Source: Thermodesulfobacterium commune DSM 2178 (lineage in GTDB: Bacteria; Desulfobacterota; Thermodesulfobacteria; Thermodesulfobacteriales; Thermodesulfobacteriaceae). From it: a stretch of DNA of 32,000 nt. The notes below the pieces were generated by a model that worked only from the letters and a program-made list of their open reading frames with translations, ran no database searches and had not been told where the DNA came from. The stretch spans positions 630,001 through 662,000 of the forward strand of contig NZ_CP008796.1 in the NCBI RefSeq assembly GCF_000734015.1, in the 5' to 3' direction. Positions 24,810 through 32,000 of this stretch are shown here, piece by piece (position 1 is the stretch's first letter; every line of letters starts with the position of its first letter). A program made the translations under genes and the position numbers.

Positions 24810-25250
24810 ATGAAGGTAGAGGTATGGAAAAAAGATGAAAGAGCAAAACTTCCTGAAAGAAGCACCGAAGGTTCAGTAGGATATGATATTTTTGCTTTGG
24901 AGGATTTAGAGATTTTACCAGGAGAATTTAAACTTATAAGAACAGGTTTAGTAATGAAAGCCCCCTACCCTTATGCCCTTTTAATTTTTCCTCGTTCTTC
25001 TCTTTTTAAAAATAAAGGACTTATCTTTCCAAACTCAGCAGGAATTATTGACTTTGATTATTGTGGGGCTGATGATGAAATAAAGATACCTGTAGTCAAC
25101 ATAACTCAAAAAGCCGCTTTTATTAAAGCTCATGAGAAGATAGCTCAAGCCATATTTATCCAAGTGGGATTTCCTGAAATAGTAGAAATTAAAGAACCAC
25201 CTCAAAAAACTTCCAGAGGTGGTTTTGGGTCAACAGGTGGCTACAGATGA
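24810..25250 (+). CDS. dut: dUTP diphosphatase
   Basis: 146 aa. Motifs GSVGYDIFA, FPRSSL, AGIIDFDY and the C-terminal RGGFGSTG are present. Confidence 0.88.
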   Translation: MKVEVWKKDERAKLPERSTEGSVGYDIFALEDLEILPGEFKLIRTGLVMKAPYPYALLIFPRSSLFKNKGLIFPNSAGIIDFDYCGADDEIKIPVVNITQKAAFIKAHEKIAQAIFIQVGFPEIVEIKEPPQKTSRGGFGSTGGYR

Positions 25251-26194
25251 GGCTTTCGGATTTAAGACAACTTCAAAAAGATTTTATTTCTGTAGTAGTT
25301 AAAAATTCTGATATTAAAGCTATAACAGATTTTCTCTTCTTTAGCTATTTAGGAGCAAGAATATGTTACGCCTCTTCCCATCCTTTGGCTCTTTTTTCTG
25401 AAGAAAAGTTTAAAAACTTTGAGACCTTTAAAAATTTTCTTCTTCATCTAAAAAAATTGGAACATTACAGTGTTTTTGCCCATACTCCAGTTTTCGTCAA
25501 CACAGAAAACATAAAAGTTGAAGAAAAACTTCTTCTCGCACAGATTTACTTTAAGGTATTTTGGGATGAATCTAAAAAACAAGCCTTATTTAATCTTAGA
25601 CATCTTGCAGAAAATCTTTCAGAGGAACAATTTGCTAAACTAATAGAAAATCCTCCTGACTTAACCTCGATTGAGATTGTTTATTTTAAAAATAACCAAA
25701 ACTTATATCAAGGTCCTCTTTTAGAGTTCCCTAACCATCTTCTTGAAGAAGACCGTACAAACTTTTTTGCCGTCCCTGAAGTCATTATCATAAAACAACT
25801 GAAACCTTATCCCTTTAACTGGATTGGAGTAATCGTTCATAATTTTTCAAGAATCTTTAGTCATCAGTTCGTAAGGCACACCTGGCTTAATTTCAATCAG
25901 CGTTCTCATAGGTATACTGAAGTAGACAAATTTATCGTACCTAAAAATTTTAACGACTACCATGTTAAAACCTACCAAGAAATTATAAAATATACGATGA
26001 AGTATTACAGAGATTTTATGAAAGACCTAAAAAAAGAGAGTGCAAGGTTTTTAGTTCCTCAAGGTGTAACTACCACTCTTTTAGCCACCGGGCCAGAATT
26101 CGTATGGGAAGATTTTATCAACAAAAGGGCGATACCCCAAGCTCAAGAAGAAATAAAAACTTTAGCATTTCTTTTAAAAGAACATCTTTTATGA
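25247..26194 (+). CDS. thyX: FAD-dependent thymidylate synthase ThyX, divergent (RHT variant of the RHR motif, with an internal insertion)
   Basis: 315 aa. [16 protein letters not shown] aligns to the ThyX signature RHRx7SxRY. The later segment [29 protein letters not shown] matches the ThyX C-terminal half. The ATGA start overlaps dut. Confidence 0.7.
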   Translation: MRLSDLRQLQKDFISVVVKNSDIKAITDFLFFSYLGARICYASSHPLALFSEEKFKNFETFKNFLLHLKKLEHYSVFAHTPVFVNTENIKVEEKLLLAQIYFKVFWDESKKQALFNLRHLAENLSEEQFAKLIENPPDLTSIEIVYFKNNQNLYQGPLLEFPNHLLEEDRTNFFAVPEVIIIKQLKPYPFNWIGVIVHNFSRIFSHQFVRHTWLNFNQRSHRYTEVDKFIVPKNFNDYHVKTYQEIIKYTMKYYRDFMKDLKKESARFLVPQGVTTTLLATGPEFVWEDFINKRAIPQAQEEIKTLAFLLKEHLL

Positions 26195-26431
26195 ATCATT
26201 AGAACTTTTTTGAGAACCCTCTTCTTTAGAATTACTTTTCTGGCCTTTTTCTTTACGGGCATAATCTGTAACATACCATCCAGAACCTTTTAAAATAAAC
26301 CCAGTATTTCCGATAAGCCTTCTTAACTCGCCTCCACATTTTTCGCAAGTTCTAAGAGGGTCTTCAGTAATTTTTTGCCAAACCTCAAACTTATGTCCGC
26401 AAGCTAAACATTCATATTCATAAATAGCCAT
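26189..26431 (-). CDS. FmdB-family zinc-ribbon protein (CxxC..CxxC)
   Basis: [39 protein letters not shown]. The preferred start is ATG 26431 with RBS GAAGGAGGAG; the track start at 26461 adds 10 unlikely residues. Confidence 0.8.
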   Translation of the reverse strand: MAIYEYECLACGHKFEVWQKITEDPLRTCEKCGGELRRLIGNTGFILKGSGWYVTDYARKEKGQKSNSKEEGSQKSSNDS

Positions 26432-26553
26432 AAGCACTCCTCCTTCTTCAAAAGAATACAAAAATTTATTGATGAACTTACAGAAAAAATTCGTTTGAAA
26501 AATATAATACCGACTGGTAATTTTTAAAGAGGATTAAAGTTAAAAATTAAAAG

Positions 26554-27081
26554 CTATTTTTTTACCAAAGGAGCCAAGATGGTTATCAGTTGTTTCCCCT
26601 CTAACTTAGGAGGACTTTCCACCTGAGCCTTATCCTTTACTGCCTCAAAAATAGCCTGCAAAACCTTATCTGCCATTTCAGGATGAGCTATCTCTCTTCC
26701 TTTAAAAACAATCCTTACCTTTACTTTATTTTTGTCTTCTAAGAACCTGATAATATGTTTAATTTTTACTTCCAAATCATGCTTATCTGTTTTAGGACTA
26801 AGTTTAATTTCTTTGGTTTCAATCTGAACCTGTTTCTTTTTAGCTTCTTTAGCTTTTTTAGCCTCTTGATATAAAAATTCTCCAAAATCCATTATTTTAC
26901 ATACAGGAGGATTAGCAGTAGGTGCTATTTCTACCAGGTCTAAACCATAATCTTCGGCATATCTTAACGCTTCGGTTAACGACACAATACCTATCTGTTT
27001 ACCATCTGGACCTATCAGTCTTACTTCTTTAGCTTTAATCTGTTCATTAACCCGATACTTTTTCTTCAAGTCTTTTTGCAT
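26554..27081 (-). CDS. infC: Translation initiation factor IF-3
   Basis: 175 aa. RVNEQIKAKEVRLIGPDGKQIGIVSLTEALRYAEDYGLDLVEIAPTANPPVCKIMDFG. It lies downstream of thrS, which is the conserved arrangement. Confidence 0.92.
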   Translation of the reverse strand: MQKDLKKKYRVNEQIKAKEVRLIGPDGKQIGIVSLTEALRYAEDYGLDLVEIAPTANPPVCKIMDFGEFLYQEAKKAKEAKKKQVQIETKEIKLSPKTDKHDLEVKIKHIIRFLEDKNKVKVRIVFKGREIAHPEMADKVLQAIFEAVKDKAQVESPPKLEGKQLITILAPLVKK

Positions 27082-27155
27082 ACTACAACTTTCCTCCTAA
27101 GTGAATTTTAATTTTTGGAGATGTTAAAACCTTAACTTTATGACGAAGAGAAAAC

Positions 27156-29099
27156 TTAAGACCTTTCATTAAGTTGATAATAAGGCTGATTTTCAGTTTT
27201 TAATTTAGAGATAAGATCTTCCAAGGAAAGGTTGTTTAAAACCTCTCCTGTACGTGACCTAAGGCTTACCACTTGATTTTCTTCCTCTTTATCTCCAAGG
27301 ATTACCATGTAAGGCACTTTTTCTTGTTGAGCTATCCTTATTTTATAGTTAAGTTTCTCACTTCTAAAATCTCTTTCTACTCTAAAACCAGCGTTTTCTA
27401 AAGCTTGAGCTACTTTTTCTGCATAAGGTATAGTTCTATCAGTGATAGTTAAAACCTTTACCTGTACAGGTGAGATCCAGAAAGGGAAAGCACCTGCATA
27501 GTTTTCTATCAAAATCCCTAAAAATCTTTCTAAAGACCCTAATAAAGCTCTATGCACCATAATAGGACGATAGAATTTATTGTCTTCTCCTACGTAGACC
27601 AAATCAAATCTTTCAGGCAGGTTAAAATCGACCTGAATGGTAGAACATTGCCAAAAACGACCCAGAACATCCTTAATCTTAAGGTCTATCTTAGGCCCGT
27701 AAAAAACCCCCTCTCCTGGGTCTATCTCATAAGACAATCCTTTTTTTTCTAAGGCTTTTTTAAGGGCTTCCTCTGCTTTATCCCAAACTTTAGGATCTCC
27801 TACAAACTTTTCAGGTCTGGTAGAAACAAAAATCTTATATTCATGGAAACCAAATACCTTCAAGAAATAAATCACCAAATCAAGAACGTTGGTCAGTTCC
27901 TCTTCAAGCTGATCCTCTCGACAAAAGATATGGGCGTCATCCTGAGTAAATCCCCTAACCCTTAAAAGGCCATGTAAAACCCCACTTCTTTCAAAACGAT
28001 ATACGGTGCCAAGCTCACAAAAACGTATAGGAAATTCTCGGTAGCTCCTTCTTTTTTGGTTATAGACGTATATATGAAAAGGACAGTTCATCGGTTTTAA
28101 CTGATAGGCTCTATTTTCAAGCTCCATAGGAGGAAACATATTTTCTGCATAAAAATCTAAATGTCCAGAAACCTTCCATAGGTCTCTTAAAGCTATATGA
28201 GGGGTATATAATAACTGATACCCTCGCTTAAAATGTTCCTCTTTCCAAAAATTTTCTATCAAGTTTCTAACAACCGCCCCCTTAGGTAACCATATAACTA
28301 ATCCAGGGCCTATCTCTTCTTCTATCGTAAAAAGCTCAAGCTCTTTTCCTAACTTCCTGTGGTCTCTCTTTTTGATTTCTTCAAGTCTTTTCAGATGTTC
28401 CTCAAGCTCTTCTTTACTAAAGAAAGCAGTTCCATAAATACGCCATAACATAGGATTTTTTTCATCGCCTCTCCAATAAGCACCAGATACAGATAGGAGC
28501 TTTACGGCCTTAATGTCTCCTGTTGAAAGAACGTGGGGACCTTTACAAAAGTCTACAAAATCTCCTTGAGAATAAATAGAAACTGTATCTTCGTTAATCT
28601 CTTTTATAAGTTCAAGTTTAAACTCTTCTTTTAACGAAGAAAACAACTTTTCAGCTTCCTCTTTACTAATCTCCCTTCTTTCTAACGGTAATCTTTTTTG
28701 AATGATTTCCTTAACTTTTTTTTCTATTTTCTCCAGGTCTTCCTCATTAAAAGGTCTTGTATAATAGATATCATAGTAAAAACCATCTTCTATCGCAGGG
28801 CCTATACCCAACTTTGCCTCTGGAAAAAGTTCCTTTACTGCTTGAGCAAGCACATGGGAAGCGGTATGTCTCAAAAACCATAAAGCTTCCTTGTCGTCAG
28901 GATAGATAGGAATAAGCTCCACCAACTCACCGTTTCCCAAAGAGCTGGTAACAGGAGTATGCCAATCTAAGTACTCTTCTTGAAACTTAAAACCTACAGG
29001 AAGTTTTTTGACAACTTTTTTGATTTCAGATAAAATTCTTTTTAAAGGTTGACCTGGCTGAAGGTCAAACTCCCCGATGTCCTGAATAACTATTTTCAA
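27156..29099 (-). CDS. thrS: Threonine--tRNA ligase
   Basis: 647 aa with a TTG start. It has the TGS, editing, class II catalytic and anticodon-binding domains (..HRKLGKELELF..FRFERSGVLHGLLRVRGFTQDDAHIF..). Confidence 0.93.
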   Translation of the reverse strand: MKIVIQDIGEFDLQPGQPLKRILSEIKKVVKKLPVGFKFQEEYLDWHTPVTSSLGNGELVELIPIYPDDKEALWFLRHTASHVLAQAVKELFPEAKLGIGPAIEDGFYYDIYYTRPFNEEDLEKIEKKVKEIIQKRLPLERREISKEEAEKLFSSLKEEFKLELIKEINEDTVSIYSQGDFVDFCKGPHVLSTGDIKAVKLLSVSGAYWRGDEKNPMLWRIYGTAFFSKEELEEHLKRLEEIKKRDHRKLGKELELFTIEEEIGPGLVIWLPKGAVVRNLIENFWKEEHFKRGYQLLYTPHIALRDLWKVSGHLDFYAENMFPPMELENRAYQLKPMNCPFHIYVYNQKRRSYREFPIRFCELGTVYRFERSGVLHGLLRVRGFTQDDAHIFCREDQLEEELTNVLDLVIYFLKVFGFHEYKIFVSTRPEKFVGDPKVWDKAEEALKKALEKKGLSYEIDPGEGVFYGPKIDLKIKDVLGRFWQCSTIQVDFNLPERFDLVYVGEDNKFYRPIMVHRALLGSLERFLGILIENYAGAFPFWISPVQVKVLTITDRTIPYAEKVAQALENAGFRVERDFRSEKLNYKIRIAQQEKVPYMVILGDKEEENQVVSLRSRTGEVLNNLSLEDLISKLKTENQPYYQLNERS

Positions 29100-29135
29100 A
29101 CCTAAACCCTTTTCTCCTCAAGGTTTCAACAAAAA

Positions 29136-29210
29136 TGGTAGGCGCGGGCGGGATCGAACCGCCGACCTCTTGCGCGTCAAGCAAGCGCTCTCCCACTGAG
29201 CTACGCGCCT
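29136..29210 (-). tRNA. tRNA-Val (anticodon GAC), CCA encoded
   Basis: Minus strand: AGGCGCG-TA-GCTCAGTGGGAGAGC-G-CTTGC-TTGACGC-GCAAG-AGGTC-GGCGG-TTCGATC-CCGCC-CGCGCCT-A-CCA. Confidence 0.9.
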
Positions 29211-29228
29211 ACAGTTTAATTAATCCTT

Positions 29229-29256
29229 AAAATAACAAAATTTTGGTTTATGTCAA
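29229..29256 (-). promoter_or_regulatory. Candidate sigma70 promoter for tRNA-Val-thrS-infC
   Basis: On the minus strand: TTGACA (29256-29251), a 16-nt spacer, then TATTTT (29234-29229). It lies about 19 nt upstream of the tRNA 5' end. Confidence 0.4.
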
Positions 29257-29373
29257 GGTAAAAAATAAAAATGTACCAAAAAATTTTAGCCTGTTTATAC
29301 AATTTTAACGTCCCCCTCTGGATTTTGTCATAAAGGATTGTATTTTTAAAATAAAAAACACGGAGGTGAAAAC

Positions 29374-30396
29374 TTGAAAGCTTATAAACTATCTTTTATA
29401 GCCAAACAAATAAACGGAGAACTGATAGGAGAAGACCTTGAGATAACAGGTGTTAATGCCATTCCTCTTGCTAAAGAAGATGAATTAATTTTTATAGACT
29501 CTTTAAAAAAAGTACCTCAGGCTAAAGCCTCTAAAGCAAAGGCTGTGCTTTGTCCTAAAGGTTTGGCCAATCAATTAGAAGAAAAATCTGTGGTCGAGGT
29601 AAAGGAGGTTAGGTTAGCCTTTGCTAAGATTACTGAACTTTTTAAAAAAGAACCTGCTATAAGATGGGGAATAAGTGAAAAGGCATTTATAGAAGATGGG
29701 GTAGAAATAGAAGAACCGGTTGCTATTTACCCTAATGTATACATACAAACTGGAGCAAAAATAAAAAAAGGGGTGGTCCTTTATCCAGGAGTTTTTGTAG
29801 GGTCCTTTTGTGAAATCGGAGAAAACACCGTAGTTTATCCTAACACCGTGCTATACCCCTATTCTAAAATAGGAAAAAATTGCATCATCCATGCAGGGGT
29901 CGTCATAGGAGCTGATGGTTTTGGTTTTGCTCAGGAACCTTTAGATGAAGGCTATAAAAACGTTAAAATCCATCATTTTGGAGGAGTCTTGATAGAAGAT
30001 GATGTTGAAATAGGTGCTAATTCTACAGTTGATAGGGCTGTTTTTGGGTTTACTGTTATCGGAGAAGGAACTAAAATTGACAATTCTGTCCAAGTTGGGC
30101 ATAACGTTAAAGTAGGAAAACAAAACATTTTAGTTTCTCATACTGCTATAGGAGGGAGTGCTGTTTTAGAAGATTTTGTGATGATCGCAGGACAGGTGGG
30201 AATAGCTCCTTCAGCTAAAATTGGTAAAGGCGCAAGAGTAGCAGCTAAATCAGGGGTTGTAGGGGAAGTCCCTCCTAACACCGAGGTGGCAGGAATACCT
30301 GCTATAAAGGCAAATGTATGGAAAAGAGCTATAATTATTTTTGAAAAGCTTCCTGAACTATACAAAGAGCTTAAAAAATTCCTAAAGACTTTTTAG
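29374..30396 (+). CDS. lpxD: UDP-3-O-(3-hydroxyacyl)glucosamine N-acyltransferase
   Basis: 340 aa with a TTG start. It has an LpxD N-terminal domain and left-handed beta-helix hexapeptide repeats (..GADGFGFA..IEDDVEIGANSTVDRA..GHNVKVG..). Confidence 0.9.
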   Translation: MKAYKLSFIAKQINGELIGEDLEITGVNAIPLAKEDELIFIDSLKKVPQAKASKAKAVLCPKGLANQLEEKSVVEVKEVRLAFAKITELFKKEPAIRWGISEKAFIEDGVEIEEPVAIYPNVYIQTGAKIKKGVVLYPGVFVGSFCEIGENTVVYPNTVLYPYSKIGKNCIIHAGVVIGADGFGFAQEPLDEGYKNVKIHHFGGVLIEDDVEIGANSTVDRAVFGFTVIGEGTKIDNSVQVGHNVKVGKQNILVSHTAIGGSAVLEDFVMIAGQVGIAPSAKIGKGARVAAKSGVVGEVPPNTEVAGIPAIKANVWKRAIIIFEKLPELYKELKKFLKTF

Positions 30397-30589
30397 TTTC
30401 TTCCACAATCCTGTGGACGTCTCCTAAACATCAGGTCTTTTTGGGATTTTTAAGATGACATTCACATTGGCCCTTTCTTTTTTTATCCATGATAAACTCT
30501 AAAATTTCAGAACGTCCTTGGTTTTCTTTTACATCTCTTACGATATCCTCTTTAGTAAAACCAAAACAATAACACACCAGTTCTTCCAT
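30371..30589 (-). CDS. Candidate small selenoprotein (72 aa, Sec at codon 53) with a CxC..CxC..UC metal/redox motif, BFD-like/CopZ-N-terminal-like
   Basis: ATG 30589 with RBS GGAGAG. There are 52 codons, then TGA (30433-30431), then 19 more open codons to TAA (30373-30371). The product is MEELVCYCFGFTKEDIVRDVKENQGRSEILEFIMDKKRKGQCECHLKNPKKT-U-CLGDVHRIVEETKKSLGIF. A SECIS-like hairpin lies directly downstream of the TGA. It is missing from the ORF track because the TGA-terminated part falls below the length cutoff. Confidence 0.6.
30392..30428 (-). promoter_or_regulatory. SECIS-like stem-loop immediately 3' of the in-frame UGA
   Basis: Minus-strand RNA: UGA-UG-UUUAG-GAGACG-UCCACA-GGAU-UGUGGA-AGAAA-CUAAA. 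The upper stem has 6 perfect bp (30417-30412 with 30407-30402). The lower stem has 5 bp. The apical loop GGAU starts 19 nt after the UGA. Confidence 0.5.
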
Positions 30590-30613
30590 ATCTTTTATCT
30601 CTCCTTTTTCTCC

Positions 30614-31132
30614 TTATTTCACCATATAAACCTTTTTATCGCAGAAAACAAAAAATCTTCCTGTTTTATGTAAGGGTAACTTCCAAAACTCTTTAAAACC
30701 TTCTTCGTCAAAATCTTTAGCCTCCCAAAACAAAACCTCTCCTATGTAAAAAACATGATCTCCTACCTCGATGCCCTCTAACACTTTACATTCAAAAGTT
30801 GCCATACTCTTCTCTAACAAAGGTAACTTAAAGTTAGGACTTGGTTTAGTTTTTATGGCAAATTTTTTAATTTTATCGATTTCTCTTCCCTTGACAGAAC
30901 CTACTTTAAAAATAAGCTCATAATCTTCTGTTATATTTACCGAAAAAGCTTGATACTTATCGATAAGCTCTTTTGTATAATGTTTAGTTGCACAGGCAAA
31001 ACCTATGGTAGGAGGTTCTACAGAGATAGGAGTTATCCAGGAACAAGCCATAAGATTAGTTTTTCCTTGTTCTACATTTCCGCTTCCTACAATTACAGCC
31101 GGTCTTGGATGAAGAGCCCTGTAAAATTTCAT
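30614..31132 (-). CDS. Flavin reductase-like FMN-binding domain protein
   Basis: 172 aa. RPAVIVGSGNVEQGKTNLMACSWITPISVEPPTIGFAC.. and ..GDHVFYIGEV are typical of the Flavin_Reduct fold. It lies 24 nt upstream of the small Sec-candidate ORF. Confidence 0.8.
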   Translation of the reverse strand: MKFYRALHPRPAVIVGSGNVEQGKTNLMACSWITPISVEPPTIGFACATKHYTKELIDKYQAFSVNITEDYELIFKVGSVKGREIDKIKKFAIKTKPSPNFKLPLLEKSMATFECKVLEGIEVGDHVFYIGEVLFWEAKDFDEEGFKEFWKLPLHKTGRFFVFCDKKVYMVK

Positions 31133-31324
31133 ATTTAGCCCCCTTTAGTTTTTTAAGCTTATATTTTAAACACTGGTTATTTTATCTTACCAAAATAAAA
31201 AAACAATAACTAACCCACCGGGTCCTCAAACCTGATTTTTTTTGCTATTTATTATTGACAAAAAAAATTTTTAAGCTACTTTTCTACTATTAATTATAAA
31301 AAAACAACATTTAGAGGTAAATCC

Positions 31325-32000
31325 ATGTTAGTAAAAGACGTGATGATCGATGACGTCTTTAAGGTTGACCCTGAAAGTAGCCTATTAGAATTGGTTTCTT
31401 GTTTTATAGATAAAGAGATCGGAAGTGTGGTTGTAGTAGATCAACAACAAGAACCCATCCAGATTATTACTCTAAGAGACCTGCCTAAAATTTTCTTATT
31501 TGCCCCAACACCTTCTAACGTAGAAGAAATTCTCCAGACTTTAGGTAAAGACAAGAAATCTCTTATAACTGTTAAAGTTGGAATGCCCCTTATAGAAGCC
31601 ATAAACCTTATGGCCAGGTTTAACATAAGCCATCTTCCGGTAGTTGATGATAATTCTAAACTGGTAGGTCTTCTAAGCTTAAAAGACATAATAAAGTCTG
31701 TACCTAGCATGATGTATATAGACCATCTTACTGGGCTAAACAACAGACTTTACCTCGATTTACTAATCCCTAAACTTAAAAGAACTAAAGGTCCTATTGG
31801 TTTTATTATGGCAGACATAGACAACTTTAAAAACATAAACGACCTCTATGGACATCTGATAGGAGATGAAGTTTTAAAGGTAGTTGCCCAAACCTTGAGA
31901 AAAAACGTAAAAATAAGTGATGAGGTTATAAGATACGGAGGAGAAGAATTTCTAATCATCCTATACAGGTGTGATTTAGATAAGGTAAAAATGGTGGGAG
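31325..32000 (+). CDS. CBS-pair plus GGDEF diguanylate cyclase (3' end runs off the window)
   Basis: ATG 31325. The CBS pair reads MLVKDVMIDDVFKV..ISHLPVVDDNSKLVGLLSLKDII. The GGDEF domain follows (DHLTGLNNRLY..IMADIDNFKNINDLYGHLIGDEVL..RYGGEEFLII). The frame is open to the window edge. Confidence 0.88.
   Translation, partial: MLVKDVMIDDVFKVDPESSLLELVSCFIDKEIGSVVVVDQQQEPIQIITLRDLPKIFLFAPTPSNVEEILQTLGKDKKSLITVKVGMPLIEAINLMARFNISHLPVVDDNSKLVGLLSLKDIIKSVPSMMYIDHLTGLNNRLYLDLLIPKLKRTKGPIGFIMADIDNFKNINDLYGHLIGDEVLKVVAQTLRKNVKISDEVIRYGGEEFLIILYRCDLDKVKMVG

Noticed and set aside
30138-30365. 75-aa minus-strand ORF inside lpxD
   Set aside because: It is an antisense shadow of the hexapeptide-repeat region with a low-complexity product. 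It is distinct from the Sec-candidate ORF, which is in another frame and begins at 30589.
31441-31743. 100-aa minus-strand ORF
   Set aside because: It is antisense within the CBS-GGDEF gene, which has clear domain motifs.
1-32000. CRISPR arrays, cas genes, or toxin-antitoxin and other defence modules
   Set aside because: I found no regularly spaced direct repeats and no ORFs with recognisable defence-system domains. The long intergenic regions (15270-15554, 16365-16615, 21238-21606) contain promoters and AT-rich spacer DNA, not repeat arrays.

Overview
AT-rich segment (about one-third GC by eye) encoding Lys/Glu/Ile-rich proteins. This suggests a thermophilic, diderm (lpxD, GT9 heptosyltransferase), anaerobe-like bacterium (rex, nikR, thyX, yedF); the taxonomy is inference only. 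Most of the window is housekeeping: a DegT aminotransferase fragment, GT9, yedF, tRNA-Met, a small amphi-Trp ORF, tRNA-Cys, queD-queE, an rpoH-like sigma factor, a TPR lipoprotein, a four-gene minus-strand operon ending in two tandem CNNM/CorB-type CBS transporters, usp plus a cation:proton antiporter, nikR, an acyl-CoA synthetase, rnr, gatB-mtnA-rex, dut-thyX, tRNA-Val-thrS-infC, lpxD, a flavin reductase and a CBS-GGDEF fragment. Two insertion sequences are present. An intact IS256-family element with a perfect 8-bp target duplication splits one CNNM gene. A decayed IS110-family element (one frameshift and one in-frame TGA) sits between the promoter and the RBS of the same operon. Five points deserve a second look. 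(1) An ORF missing from the track (30371-30589, minus) reads through an in-frame TGA followed by a SECIS-like hairpin, so it is a candidate small CxC..CxC..UC selenoprotein co-transcribed with the flavin reductase. (2) The IS110 leader folds into two similar domains like a bridge RNA, and one loop arm is exactly complementary to the insertion junction. (3) A GC-rich leader with alternative pairings that sequester the RBS precedes the antiporter-usp operon and looks like a riboswitch. (4) GC skew reverses inside both IS elements. (5) A protein gene sits between two tRNAs. I saw no CRISPR array and no recognisable defence island.
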